The notes beneath the pieces were generated by a model. The model ran no database searches. It worked only from the letters and a program-made list of their open reading frames with translations, and was not told where the DNA came from. 47,785 nt of DNA, taken from the NCBI GenBank assembly GCA_013213965.1, contig JABSSR010000113.1:1-47785 (forward strand). The letters run 5' to 3'. This stretch comes from Verrucomicrobiales bacterium. Its GTDB lineage: Bacteria; Verrucomicrobiota; Verrucomicrobiia; Verrucomicrobiales; DEV007. Shown one piece after another: positions 35,405 to 45,032 of this stretch (position 1 is its first letter; each line of letters begins with the position of its first letter). A program made the position numbers and the translations under genes.

Positions 35405-37141
35405 ATGGATAAACGCGATCTAATCGCAGATGTGCTAAAGAAGATTGCAATTCTCCTAGAACTGAAAGGTGAAAATGCATTTAAAATCCGTGCCTATAGA
35501 ACAGGTAGCGAAATCGTAGAAACTTATAGCGGTGACCTCCTTAAACTTGCTCTAGAGAATGAGTTAGAAAATATTAAAGGAATTGGAACAGCCCTCGCTA
35601 AAAAAATACATGAATTGGCAACTACAGGGAAACTTGAGTATTTTGAGAACCTAAAAAGTGAGTTTCCAGAAAGCATTTTTGATCTTTTTACAATATCAAA
35701 TTTAGGCCCAAAAAAAATTAAGCTCCTTTATGATCAATTAGGAATTGATTCTATCTCAAAATTAAAACAATCCTGCGAATCTGGTCACGTGGAAGGAATC
35801 CCTGGATTCGGTAATAAATCAGTCTCTAAAATTCTTGATTCAATTTCTTTCCATGAAGAAAACGCTAACACTTTCCGGTTAGGTGATGTGGCCCCTATTG
35901 CAGAGAGCATCCTAGAATTTCTTCGTTCTCATCCAGACACAGACCAAGCTTCGATTGCTGGTAGCTACAGAAGAGGTAAAGAAATATTACATGATCTTGA
36001 TTTTATAGTTTCGACAAGATCACCAGAATCTATCATTCACTCTTTCATTAACATGGATACCGTAGCTGAAACGATTTCACACGGATCAACCAAGTCAAGT
36101 ATCCGATTAGACAACGGTCTTCAATGCGATCTGCGCGCAGTTTCGAATGCAGAATATCCATTCACCCTTAATTATTTCACTGGCAGTAAGGCACATAATA
36201 TCCAGGTACGCGCACTCGCATTAAAAAAAGGATATAAACTTAATGAGTATGGTTTGATCCCCAAAACAGATAAAAAATCTTACTCTACAATTTCAGAGTC
36301 AATACACACAGAGTCTGATCTTTACCAAGCGCTAGGATTAAAAATGATTCATCCCTGTTTACGTGAAAATTCCGGTGAACTTGAAGCAGCAGAGAATAAC
36401 AAATTACCAGAACTTGTGACCCTCGAAAATTTGCGTGGAACCTTTCATAACCATACTACGGCAAGTGATGGGAAAAATACACTCGAAGAAATGGCCAGTG
36501 CAGCAAAAGATCTAGGCATGCAATACCTTGGGATCTCCGACCACTCCAAAAGTTCAGTTCAAGCCAACGGGCTCAGCGCAGAACAATTGCTATCACAGAT
36601 AAAGGAAATTCAATCACTTAATGATTCATCATCTAATGATTTTAGAATCTTCTCCGGTATAGAATGTGATATACTCAAGGATGGGACTCTTGATTATGAG
36701 GACGAAATACTTTCAAAACTAGATTACTGCATTGCTTCTATTCACAGTTCTTTTTCATTACCTGAAAAAGAAATGACTTCTCGTATCATCAAGGCAATAG
36801 AAAATCCTAACGTCACAATGATAGGCCACCTGACTGGCAGACTCCTATTAATCAGAAAACCGTATGCTGTGGACGTCTCTAAAATCATTGATGCCTGTGC
36901 TTCGAACCATACTCATATCGAGATCAATGCAAATCCTCATCGACTAGATATGGACTGGAGATGGTGGAGACAAGCAAAGGATAAAGGTGTTAAATGCTCA
37001 ATCAATCCTGACGCTCACAGAATAGAACACTTTCAATTTCTTCATTTTGGGATCAAGATTGCTCAAAAAGGATGGCTCGGCCCCAATGATGTCATTAACT
37101 GTCTTCCTCTCAATGAAATCGAGTCTGCTCTAATTAATTAA
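35405..37141 (+). CDS. polX: Family X DNA polymerase with a C-terminal PHP domain
   Basis: N-terminal HhH modules (KGIGTALAKKI, LGPKKIKLL), Pol-beta-type catalytic Asp motifs (HDLDFIV, CDLRAV) and PHP motifs (HNHTTASDG, SDHS, SIHS). Confidence 0.9.
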   Translation: MDKRDLIADVLKKIAILLELKGENAFKIRAYRTGSEIVETYSGDLLKLALENELENIKGIGTALAKKIHELATTGKLEYFENLKSEFPESIFDLFTISNLGPKKIKLLYDQLGIDSISKLKQSCESGHVEGIPGFGNKSVSKILDSISFHEENANTFRLGDVAPIAESILEFLRSHPDTDQASIAGSYRRGKEILHDLDFIVSTRSPESIIHSFINMDTVAETISHGSTKSSIRLDNGLQCDLRAVSNAEYPFTLNYFTGSKAHNIQVRALALKKGYKLNEYGLIPKTDKKSYSTISESIHTESDLYQALGLKMIHPCLRENSGELEAAENNKLPELVTLENLRGTFHNHTTASDGKNTLEEMASAAKDLGMQYLGISDHSKSSVQANGLSAEQLLSQIKEIQSLNDSSSNDFRIFSGIECDILKDGTLDYEDEILSKLDYCIASIHSSFSLPEKEMTSRIIKAIENPNVTMIGHLTGRLLLIRKPYAVDVSKIIDACASNHTHIEINANPHRLDMDWRWWRQAKDKGVKCSINPDAHRIEHFQFLHFGIKIAQKGWLGPNDVINCLPLNEIESALIN

Positions 37142-37162
37142 AAAACAAAAACCATAGATACA

Positions 37163-37843
37163 TTGGAATTTCCTTATCTCATTTGCGCAACCTTAGTCCT
37201 GGCCTCTTACATAGTTGGCTCATTACCATTTGGATTTTGGATATCAAAATTTCTTGGCGTAGACATACGTAATCAAGGCAGTGGTAACATTGGAGCCACA
37301 AATGTGCTGCGTACTCTGGGCCGTAAAGTTGGCATAACTGTTTTGATACTAGATATATCGAAGGGATTCTTACCGGTTCTAATTGGGAGTATAATAATTT
37401 TTAATCAACTTCCGGACAGCATGCTAGACAAAGAAGAGATTGAAGGAACAATTTATGTCCTTCTGGCGATAGGAACCATTCTCGGTCACAATTATACTTT
37501 CTGGCTCGGCTTCAAGGGTGGAAAGGGCATAGCCACTTCGGCAGGTGCAATAATGCCATTCTTGCCAGAAGTTTTAATCGGATCATTATTTGTATGGATC
37601 CTGTTCTTTTTCCTTAGCAGATATGTTGCCATCGCTTCAATAGCTGCCGCATTCTCAATTCCAATCCTGACAGTTTCCCTAGACCACAACTATTTGTTTC
37701 CTGAGATTAATTCGTCCTGGCCTGTAATTAGTTTCGGCATCATTGCATCTATCATGGCGATTTGGAGGCACCGATCAAATATTCAACGCCTCATCAAAGG
37801 AGAAGAGGATCAATTCGAACGGAAAATAAAAAATAAAGCATAA
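37163..37843 (+). CDS. plsY: Glycerol-3-phosphate acyltransferase PlsY
   Basis: GSLPFG and GSGNIGATN motifs in a polytopic membrane protein. TTG start. The stop overlaps the gpsA ATG (TAATG). Confidence 0.9.
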   Translation: MEFPYLICATLVLASYIVGSLPFGFWISKFLGVDIRNQGSGNIGATNVLRTLGRKVGITVLILDISKGFLPVLIGSIIIFNQLPDSMLDKEEIEGTIYVLLAIGTILGHNYTFWLGFKGGKGIATSAGAIMPFLPEVLIGSLFVWILFFFLSRYVAIASIAAAFSIPILTVSLDHNYLFPEINSSWPVISFGIIASIMAIWRHRSNIQRLIKGEEDQFERKIKNKA

Positions 37844-38841
37844 TGAAAACAGTTTCAATCTTTGGTGCTGGCAGCTGGGGCACCGCACTTGCAACAATGG
37901 TAGCCGAAAAGGGTCTTGACGTTACTTTATGGTGCCGTAATGCCGATCATGCCAGCCAAATAGCAGAAATTAGAGAAAATAGATCGTACCTTCCTGGTGT
38001 TAGTTTAAAAGAATCGATAACCCCAACCGCAGACTTGGAACTTGCTGCCAAATCAGAACTCTTAGTCTGTGTAATACCGTCAACAGGTTTGCGCAAATTT
38101 TCTGAAAATTTAGCACAAGCTAAACCAGCGAAAGAATCCATTATTTTATCTTGCACCAAAGGCATTGAACGTGAAACGGGGCATCGGATGAGTGAAATTA
38201 TTTCCGATCATTTACCAGACAATGTGACAGCTGTGTTAAGCGGTCCTAACCACGCAGAAGAGGTAGGCAAGCGCCTCGCAACTGCGACAGTCATCGGGTG
38301 CAAGAATGAGAAAATTGCAAATTCTCTCCAATCAATCTTCTCATTACCGTGGTTCAGAACCTATACGAGTACCGATGTTGCAGGAATAGAACTGGGGGGA
38401 GCCGCAAAAAATATATATGCCATCTGTGCAGGGATTTCAGATGGATTGGGCCATGGAGATAATGCAAAATCCGCTCTTGTTACTCGAGGCTTGGCTGAAA
38501 TGACACGTTTAGGAATAGCCTTAGGAGGGCAAGCAGAAACTTTTCAAGGACTATCAGGTGTTGGAGATCTTATAGTGACTTGCTACAGCGCTTACAGTAG
38601 AAACAACCGTGTCGGCAAGCTTATCGGCCAAGGTGAAAAAATTGACGATATAGTTAATTCAATGAATATGGTTGCTGAAGGTGTTCCAAATACTAAATCA
38701 TTCTACGAATCAACTAAACGTAACGGCGTTGAAACACCCATAATTGACGAAGCCTATTCAGTGATTAACGGCAACAAAAATCCCGCACAGGCAATGGAAG
38801 ATCTTTTAACTCGAAGCCCAAGGCCAGAAACGTATCAATAA
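37843..38841 (+). CDS. gpsA: NAD(P)H-dependent glycerol-3-phosphate dehydrogenase
   Basis: GAGSWGTALA Rossmann motif with family motifs GIELGGAAKN and GDLIVTC. Confidence 0.93.
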   Translation: MKTVSIFGAGSWGTALATMVAEKGLDVTLWCRNADHASQIAEIRENRSYLPGVSLKESITPTADLELAAKSELLVCVIPSTGLRKFSENLAQAKPAKESIILSCTKGIERETGHRMSEIISDHLPDNVTAVLSGPNHAEEVGKRLATATVIGCKNEKIANSLQSIFSLPWFRTYTSTDVAGIELGGAAKNIYAICAGISDGLGHGDNAKSALVTRGLAEMTRLGIALGGQAETFQGLSGVGDLIVTCYSAYSRNNRVGKLIGQGEKIDDIVNSMNMVAEGVPNTKSFYESTKRNGVETPIIDEAYSVINGNKNPAQAMEDLLTRSPRPETYQ

Positions 38842-38953
38842 GGCTGTATCATAAAGTAATTTTGTAATAGACTACAAAACTATTTATAACTTAATAATGA
38901 GTTTTATTTGAGCTGATGGATTTTCCAGAGCACTTGATTTGTAATTCATAATT

Positions 38954-40453
38954 ATGACCGATTCTACTCCCGTTGATCTATCTGATCTGCAATTAATGCC
39001 AGATTGGCTCAAAGAACCATCGAAAAAGACCAATCCAAACGGTAAAAATCGCAATCAAAAAACAAGAAACCCCAACAGTTCAAACGACAAACCTTTTAAA
39101 AAGAAAAATTGGGAAAAGGGTAAGGATCGCAACAGAAAACGCACTGCAGATTCGAAAAAGAATTCTCATCAAATTCAAGCACCCAAAGGAATCAACGCGA
39201 CACTTAAACCAAGTAAAGATAGCTTATTAAAAATTGCTGACCAGATTAAAAAAACGGCAAGAGCATATTCAGTATTTGAAATTGCTAGGCTGATATTAGC
39301 TAATAGGGAACGCTACAATGTATCCTTTGAATGTGATGACAGTTCTGATAAAGAACTTTTCTTCGGTCTAACTGACAACTCTATTTGGCTGAGCCGCGCT
39401 GAAGCTGAAACCAACTTAATTAGAACTAAGAAGTTTTCCGAACTTTATAAAGAAGAAAGCATCGAAGTCGATCCACCTAAAGGGAATTTCAGTGCCATCG
39501 CTATTTGTGGAATTAGCGGGACACTCATAGCTCCTCCAAATCACCACTCCTATCAAACGGCAATTGCAAAATTGCATCGGAGTAATTTTGCAAACATGCC
39601 GATTGAGAAATTCAAAAATAAGATCCGCGTAGAACACGATGAGGAAATAATCGAAAAATGGAAAAAAGAGCAAAGTATTCAAAAGCAATACACTTACAAG
39701 ATATCTGTCGAAGGCAGTGATCCTTTGGTCTTGAAAAATAAAGAGGAAGCTGAAGCTCACTTTCTTGCAACCCATGCAGATGAATTTATTGAAGTTTCCA
39801 ATAACGCTGTTGTACCTGGGCAAATAGATGGTAAAAAATTATCTGCTGGCCTTTTATCCCTTCTTAAAAATGCTTCTACCCATGCAAGAAAACATCCAGC
39901 GAGCCTTGTAAATCCACTATGTAAGATATTAGGTGATCAGGGGCTTAAATTTTTCAAACGCGGAAAGAAAATTTTTGCGTGTGTTTGTCGGCCAAAGCCT
40001 ATTTCTCCAGATGACACGTTATCTGAGCCCATTCGCGCCATTGTAACGTTCATTCGTGAAAATAAACATGTGACTAGTAAAGGACTTATTGATGCTATAG
40101 CCCCATTCGATATTAATAATGAAGAATCTAAGGGCAAGGTAACTGCAGAAAGTCCTGCAAAAATAAATGAAAATGAGAAAGAGGACAAAAATGTTAATGC
40201 TTCATCAAAAATAGAAGCTGCCGAAAAATCAGCTACTGCTAAAACAAATTTGGGCCCCAAACAAATTCAAGTACTTAAGGATCTAAACTGGTTACTTCGA
40301 GAAGGCGCTGTGATTGCTTTTGGAGATGGAAAAATAGAGCTAGCCAAAGCAAAAATTCCTAAAATAAATAAAGAACAAACTAAAAACATTAACGAATCTT
40401 CTGAAACAAAGGGAAATAAAAAATCCAATCAGGATCTTGGAGAAACAAAATAA
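38954..40453 (+). CDS. Hypothetical protein with polybasic N- and C-terminal low-complexity regions
   Basis: A 499-aa ATG ORF. The first ~75 aa are K/R/N-rich (KKTNPNGKNRNQKTRN...KKKNWEKGKDRNRKR). It has a structured core and a K/E/N-rich tail. No family recognised. Confidence 0.6.
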   Translation: MTDSTPVDLSDLQLMPDWLKEPSKKTNPNGKNRNQKTRNPNSSNDKPFKKKNWEKGKDRNRKRTADSKKNSHQIQAPKGINATLKPSKDSLLKIADQIKKTARAYSVFEIARLILANRERYNVSFECDDSSDKELFFGLTDNSIWLSRAEAETNLIRTKKFSELYKEESIEVDPPKGNFSAIAICGISGTLIAPPNHHSYQTAIAKLHRSNFANMPIEKFKNKIRVEHDEEIIEKWKKEQSIQKQYTYKISVEGSDPLVLKNKEEAEAHFLATHADEFIEVSNNAVVPGQIDGKKLSAGLLSLLKNASTHARKHPASLVNPLCKILGDQGLKFFKRGKKIFACVCRPKPISPDDTLSEPIRAIVTFIRENKHVTSKGLIDAIAPFDINNEESKGKVTAESPAKINENEKEDKNVNASSKIEAAEKSATAKTNLGPKQIQVLKDLNWLLREGAVIAFGDGKIELAKAKIPKINKEQTKNINESSETKGNKKSNQDLGETK

Positions 40454-40480
40454 AAAATCTATCGTCTCATTTGTTGTCTA

Positions 40481-41872
40481 ATGAAACCCTATCTCTTGGC
40501 AAATGTAGAACGTGCCGCAAAATTAAAAGAAGATTCAAATAAGTATGCCTCTCATCACCTTACAAAGAACCAAGTTCATGACCTTGAACTCCTCATTGCT
40601 GGAGCTTACGACCCACTGACTGGATATTTAAACAAATCTGATCATGTTTCTGTAGTGGATTCCATACATTTAACAGATGGAACATTATGGGCAAAACCAA
40701 TATCACTCGCAGTCGATAAAAAATTATATAAAATCCTCAACCAAGGAGATCAGCTTGCACTTAGAGACCCAGAAGGGGTGGTCCTTGCAATTTTGTCAAT
40801 CGAAGATCTCTTTGAATTTAAAGGAATATACTATTTTGGAGGGACCATCGAAGGCATTGAAATGCCCCAGCACTACGATCATCAAGAACTGCGATTATAT
40901 CAGAAAGGAACGAACCTTGGAACTGATACAGTCCTGACATGCACTAATTTATTGCACAAAGTTGAAATAGAAACTTTGAAAAACCATGTCAAAGTTCATA
41001 AATCGAAAATAATAGTTCAACTATTTGCCAGTGATCCAATAGAAAGCCACTCCAGATTAAGGTGCATTAAAGCTGCACTATCTGAATTATCTAATGACCA
41101 ATATGCTTTATCTATCGTTCCTGGTCATGCCCCAGCGAATGCCAAAGAATGGCTTCAATACGCAATTTTATTAAAGGGCTCTGGGTACTCTTCTCTAATC
41201 TCAGATGGTGATATGAGTTTGGTAAAGGAGCACTCTGTTATCAATTACATCACTTTGCCAAAAGGATCCCCTGAAGAAACTTTCGACGCTGTCTTGCAAG
41301 AAATTGATTCAATCAATCCTCCACCAAAGAAAAAAGGTCTAACCATTTTTCTTACAGGTTTATCAGGGTCAGGGAAATCAACCATCGCAAAGATTCTGCA
41401 AATCAAGATGCTAGGGTTAACCAAAAAACGCATCACTCTTCTTGATGGCGACATTGTAAGGAAAAATCTTTGTTCGGAACTTGGCTTTTCAAAAGAACAT
41501 AGACTTATAAATTTGCAACGCATCGGATTCGTGGCAAATGAAATCAGTAAAAATGGAGGAATCGCAATCTGCGCTCCCATTGCGCCTTATGATTCTATAC
41601 GTAAGGAAATACGCCAAAACATTGAAACGGATTCTGGTTTTATACTAATTCACGTAGCAACTCCTATAGAAGTTTGTGAAGCAAGAGATAGGAAAGGGCT
41701 CTATGCCAAAGCGCGATCAGGAGAGATTCAACATTTTACAGGTATATCTGATCCTTATGAAGAACCTGAAGACGCAGAATTAATTGTCCAAACAACGAAC
41801 CAAACAGCTGAAGAGTCTTGTGAGTTTATACTTGACCATTTAAAAGCCTTAGGATTCTTAGAACTTGCCTAA
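40481..41872 (+). CDS. cysC: Adenylylsulfate (APS) kinase fused to a PUA-like plus degenerate ATP-sulfurylase-like N-terminal region
   Basis: The C-terminal ~180 aa are a canonical APS kinase (GLTIFLTGLSGSGKST, LLDGDIVR, RDRKGLY). The N-terminus has a sulfurylase PUA-like pattern (DLELLIAGAYDPLTGYL...TDGTLWAKPISL). The catalytic sulfurylase motifs are replaced. Confidence 0.85.
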   Translation: MKPYLLANVERAAKLKEDSNKYASHHLTKNQVHDLELLIAGAYDPLTGYLNKSDHVSVVDSIHLTDGTLWAKPISLAVDKKLYKILNQGDQLALRDPEGVVLAILSIEDLFEFKGIYYFGGTIEGIEMPQHYDHQELRLYQKGTNLGTDTVLTCTNLLHKVEIETLKNHVKVHKSKIIVQLFASDPIESHSRLRCIKAALSELSNDQYALSIVPGHAPANAKEWLQYAILLKGSGYSSLISDGDMSLVKEHSVINYITLPKGSPEETFDAVLQEIDSINPPPKKKGLTIFLTGLSGSGKSTIAKILQIKMLGLTKKRITLLDGDIVRKNLCSELGFSKEHRLINLQRIGFVANEISKNGGIAICAPIAPYDSIRKEIRQNIETDSGFILIHVATPIEVCEARDRKGLYAKARSGEIQHFTGISDPYEEPEDAELIVQTTNQTAEESCEFILDHLKALGFLELA

Positions 41873-42778
41873 TTAAGTGGCTAGATTTTTCATGATCGCT
41901 TTCTGCGCATGTAAACGGTTCTCAGCCTGAGAAAATATTGTTTCTGCATGGGCTTCAAAAGTACTCTCACTTATCTCTTTATCTCGATAAGCCGGCAAAC
42001 AATGCATAATCATGACATTTGGATCCGCCAAACTAATAATCCTGTCATTAATTTGGTAATCATTAAAAGCACCTTCCCTCTTAGCCGCTTCATCTTCCAT
42101 ACCCATACTAACCCAGACATCAGTATAAAGGACATTAGCCTCTGCAACAGCAGCAGATGGATCTTCCACGAAAGAAACATTAGGGCAATCTAAGCCCTCC
42201 AAATAATTCACAGGCGAACAAATTTCTGATGGGCCAGACAATACAAGTTCAAATCCTAGATGCTTAGCAGCCCAAACCCAAGAATGCGCAACATTACAAT
42301 TAACATCACCCAAAAAAACCACTTTCTTACCTTCCCAACCTCCAAGGCTTTCCCTGACTGTAAGTAAATCTGCAATGATCTGGCATGGGTGCTCTTGGTC
42401 AGTAAGAGCATTAATTGTCGGAATACCTGATAATTCAGCAAATTGTTCAACTTCAACCTGCGAGTCATTTCTAATGATCGCTCCATGAAGCATTCTACCC
42501 ATTACTCGTGCGGTATCTTTGATAGGTTCACCTCTACCAAGCTGTAAATCTCTTGGAGACAAAAACATAGCTGAACCTCCAAGTTCCCTTATCCCAACCT
42601 CGAAACTGATTCGTGTTCGAGTAGAAGCTTTACTGAAAATAATACCCCAACATTGATTCAATAAGGGCCTACTAGAATAATCTCTAATGTGCCTTGCCTC
42701 TTTTAATAAGATCGAAGATTCAACAATTTCTTCAATTTCTGCTCGGCTGCACTCCTCGATAGAAAGAAAGTTTTTCAT
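41873..42778 (-). CDS. argF: Ornithine carbamoyltransferase
   Basis: STRTR, HPCQ, DVWVSMG and HCLPA motifs are present. The ATG overlaps the argD stop (ATGA). Confidence 0.92.
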   Translation of the reverse strand: MKNFLSIEECSRAEIEEIVESSILLKEARHIRDYSSRPLLNQCWGIIFSKASTRTRISFEVGIRELGGSAMFLSPRDLQLGRGEPIKDTARVMGRMLHGAIIRNDSQVEVEQFAELSGIPTINALTDQEHPCQIIADLLTVRESLGGWEGKKVVFLGDVNCNVAHSWVWAAKHLGFELVLSGPSEICSPVNYLEGLDCPNVSFVEDPSAAVAEANVLYTDVWVSMGMEDEAAKREGAFNDYQINDRIISLADPNVMIMHCLPAYRDKEISESTFEAHAETIFSQAENRLHAQKAIMKNLAT

Positions 42779-44064
42779 GTATTTATCCTCTCAAAAACAG
42801 TTCTCATAATTTCCAATGCTTCCATTATCTCGTTTTCCTTCACAATGAGGGGAGGAAGCCACCTAATAACATCTGACCCAGCAGGAACAGTCAGTAAACC
42901 TGAATCGGCTAATAACTCAACAAGGAAAAGAGCTGGAGTTTTATTCGTTTTTTGAAAATCTCTTATTTCATTGATCGCTTTAGAATTAACTTGGAATCCA
43001 AGCATAAGACCAAGACCACGTAATTCAGTTATAAAAGGTATTGGTCGCGATTGCAGCTCTCGATTAATTAGCTCACCTAGATTAATCACATTATCACAAA
43101 TATTCTCATCAATGATTTTTCTGACTACCGTTGATGCAACTGAACTGGCCAATGGAGCTCCCCCAAAAGTTGACCCATGAGTTCCAGGTCCTAATAAATC
43201 ACAAAGCGATAGGTCATTGATGCTTTTGTCCCTTATCCAAATCGCTCCTATAGGAAATCCCCCACCCAATCCCTTTGCCCATGAAATTGCATCAGGTTTG
43301 ATTTCCTGAGCATTCGGTATCACTCGCCATCCGCACAAATCACCACAGCGGCCAATTCCGCATTGAACTTCATCAAAAAACAATAATATATTTCTCTTTT
43401 GACAAATCTCTTGCACCGCAGATAAAAATTCTGATGAAGCGACATTGATACCTCCTTCCCCCTGAACAGGTTCCATGAGAATTGCGACAGTCTTATCACT
43501 AACGCCATTAATTAGTTCCGTTACATCATTAAACGGCAAGTATTTGAAACCTTCCATCAACGGACCGAAACCGGACCTGATCTTTTCTTGACCAGTAGCT
43601 GCCATGCCGCCAGTGGTGCGTCCATGGAAAGAACCATTAAAACTCAATATCTCATGTCTCGGTTCTCCAATAGAAGATGGGGAAACTTCTCCAAACTTTC
43701 GGGCAAGTTTAATGAGCCCTTCGTTTGCTTCGGTCCCACTATTACAGAAAAAACACTTCCCGTTAATCCCCACAACCTCCTCTGTAAGTAGACGGGCTAA
43801 TTCAGCCTGCCCTCTGTGCTGATAAAGATTAGAACAATGAACCAGTTCAGCTGCTTGATTACATATTACTTTAACTAAATCCGGATGCGAATGACCTAAA
43901 GAATTAACGGCAACTCCTCCGCTAAAATCTAAAAACCTGCTTCCGTTCTCATCCCAAAGGAAAACCCCTTCTCCTCTTTGTGGAAAAATATTAAACCTCC
44001 CATACGTAGGTGCAACATATTGACTATAGAGATCAACTGTTGATTTCTGTTCTTCTTGACTCAT
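42775..44064 (-). CDS. argD: Acetylornithine aminotransferase (class III PLP aminotransferase)
   Basis: GTEANEGLIKLARK, FDEVQCGIGRCG and SWAKGLGGGFPIGA (PLP lysine) motifs. It sits within the arg operon. Confidence 0.9.
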   Translation of the reverse strand: MSQEEQKSTVDLYSQYVAPTYGRFNIFPQRGEGVFLWDENGSRFLDFSGGVAVNSLGHSHPDLVKVICNQAAELVHCSNLYQHRGQAELARLLTEEVVGINGKCFFCNSGTEANEGLIKLARKFGEVSPSSIGEPRHEILSFNGSFHGRTTGGMAATGQEKIRSGFGPLMEGFKYLPFNDVTELINGVSDKTVAILMEPVQGEGGINVASSEFLSAVQEICQKRNILLFFDEVQCGIGRCGDLCGWRVIPNAQEIKPDAISWAKGLGGGFPIGAIWIRDKSINDLSLCDLLGPGTHGSTFGGAPLASSVASTVVRKIIDENICDNVINLGELINRELQSRPIPFITELRGLGLMLGFQVNSKAINEIRDFQKTNKTPALFLVELLADSGLLTVPAGSDVIRWLPPLIVKENEIMEALEIMRTVFERINT

Positions 44065-44954
44065 GGAACTATCTCTGTACCGACTCCTGTATTTGTAAAG
44101 ATCTCCAACAATAATGAATGGGGTATTCTACCATCTATTAAATGAACTTTTCCCACTCCTGAACTTATAGCATCAACCGCAGAACGTAATTTGGGAAGCA
44201 TTCCCCCGCTAATTACTCCTTCATCTGCAAGAGGCTCTACCTCTGAGCAACAAATGGAATGAATTAAACTTCCATCATCATCTGGATCTCTCATGACTCC
44301 CAAAACATCACTAATATATACAAGCTTAGCTACATGCATGGCTCCAGCTAAAGCACTAGCAGCAAGATCCGCGTTCGTGTTCAGAGTGTGCCCGGATGAG
44401 GATTCTTTTGATAAAGGTGAAACCACTGGGATAGTCTCTTTGATAATTAATTCTTGTAACCCCTCTACACTGCAGTCTTTAACGCTACCCACAAAACCGA
44501 GGTCCACTTCCTCGCTATTCTCATTAATTCCTAACATCCTGTCAGATGAAAAAACTTCGGTCCCTGAAATGCCGGCAGCTTTACCACCATGTGATTTCAC
44601 TAATCTCACGAGATTAGAGTTCACTTTTGTTCCAAGGATATCCTCAACAATCTGTATCGAATTTTGATCTGTAAACCTTTGCCCCGAAATAAATTTAGAC
44701 TCAATCCCTGCACTTTCCATTGCTTCAGAAATTGCCTTACCTCCTCCATGAACAATGATTGGATTAATGCCCACAGCTTCGAGCAAAACCACATCTCTTA
44801 GTAAGGCGTCAAGTAAATCAGGGTTCTCCATTGCAGATCCACCCAATTTAATCAGGAAGCACTTTCCCCTGAACCCCTGGATATAAGGCAATGCCTCGAT
44901 AAGCGTTGCAGCTTTATCAATATGCTCCCTTAATGATTCTGAATGATCGGACAT
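44061..44954 (-). CDS. argB: Acetylglutamate kinase
   Basis: FLIKLGGSAM and IVHGGG motifs of the AAK family. I trimmed the start to the ATG at 44954; the track start at 44981 is GTG. The stop overlaps the argD ATG. Confidence 0.92.
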   Translation of the reverse strand: MSDHSESLREHIDKAATLIEALPYIQGFRGKCFLIKLGGSAMENPDLLDALLRDVVLLEAVGINPIIVHGGGKAISEAMESAGIESKFISGQRFTDQNSIQIVEDILGTKVNSNLVRLVKSHGGKAAGISGTEVFSSDRMLGINENSEEVDLGFVGSVKDCSVEGLQELIIKETIPVVSPLSKESSSGHTLNTNADLAASALAGAMHVAKLVYISDVLGVMRDPDDDGSLIHSICCSEVEPLADEGVISGGMLPKLRSAVDAISSGVGKVHLIDGRIPHSLLLEIFTNTGVGTEIVP

Positions 44955-45032
44955 CTTATGCTCTAAAAAAGAAAATCCCACGCCACCCTTAGGCGCAGGA
45001 ACCTATACAGTCTACTATAGTAACGGGCAGAA

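Noticed and set aside
35241-35480. 79-aa minus-strand ORF spanning the sensor-kinase/polX intergenic region
   Set aside because: It overlaps the polX start and has no signal or family features. The region is better explained as divergent promoters.
38865-38885. Hairpin TTTTGTA-ATAGAC-TACAAAA after gpsA, as a possible terminator
   Set aside because: The stem is A/T only and no T-tract follows. Such hairpins are expected by chance in AT-rich DNA.
44293-44667. 124-aa plus-strand ORF inside argB, and similar shadow ORFs at 39416-39823, 39937-40260, 41245-41580, 12058-12348, 14437-14748, 15132-15440 and 17224-17541
   Set aside because: All lie wholly within better-supported genes, either on the opposite strand or in another frame. 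They lack recognisable motifs. I treat them as six-frame noise.
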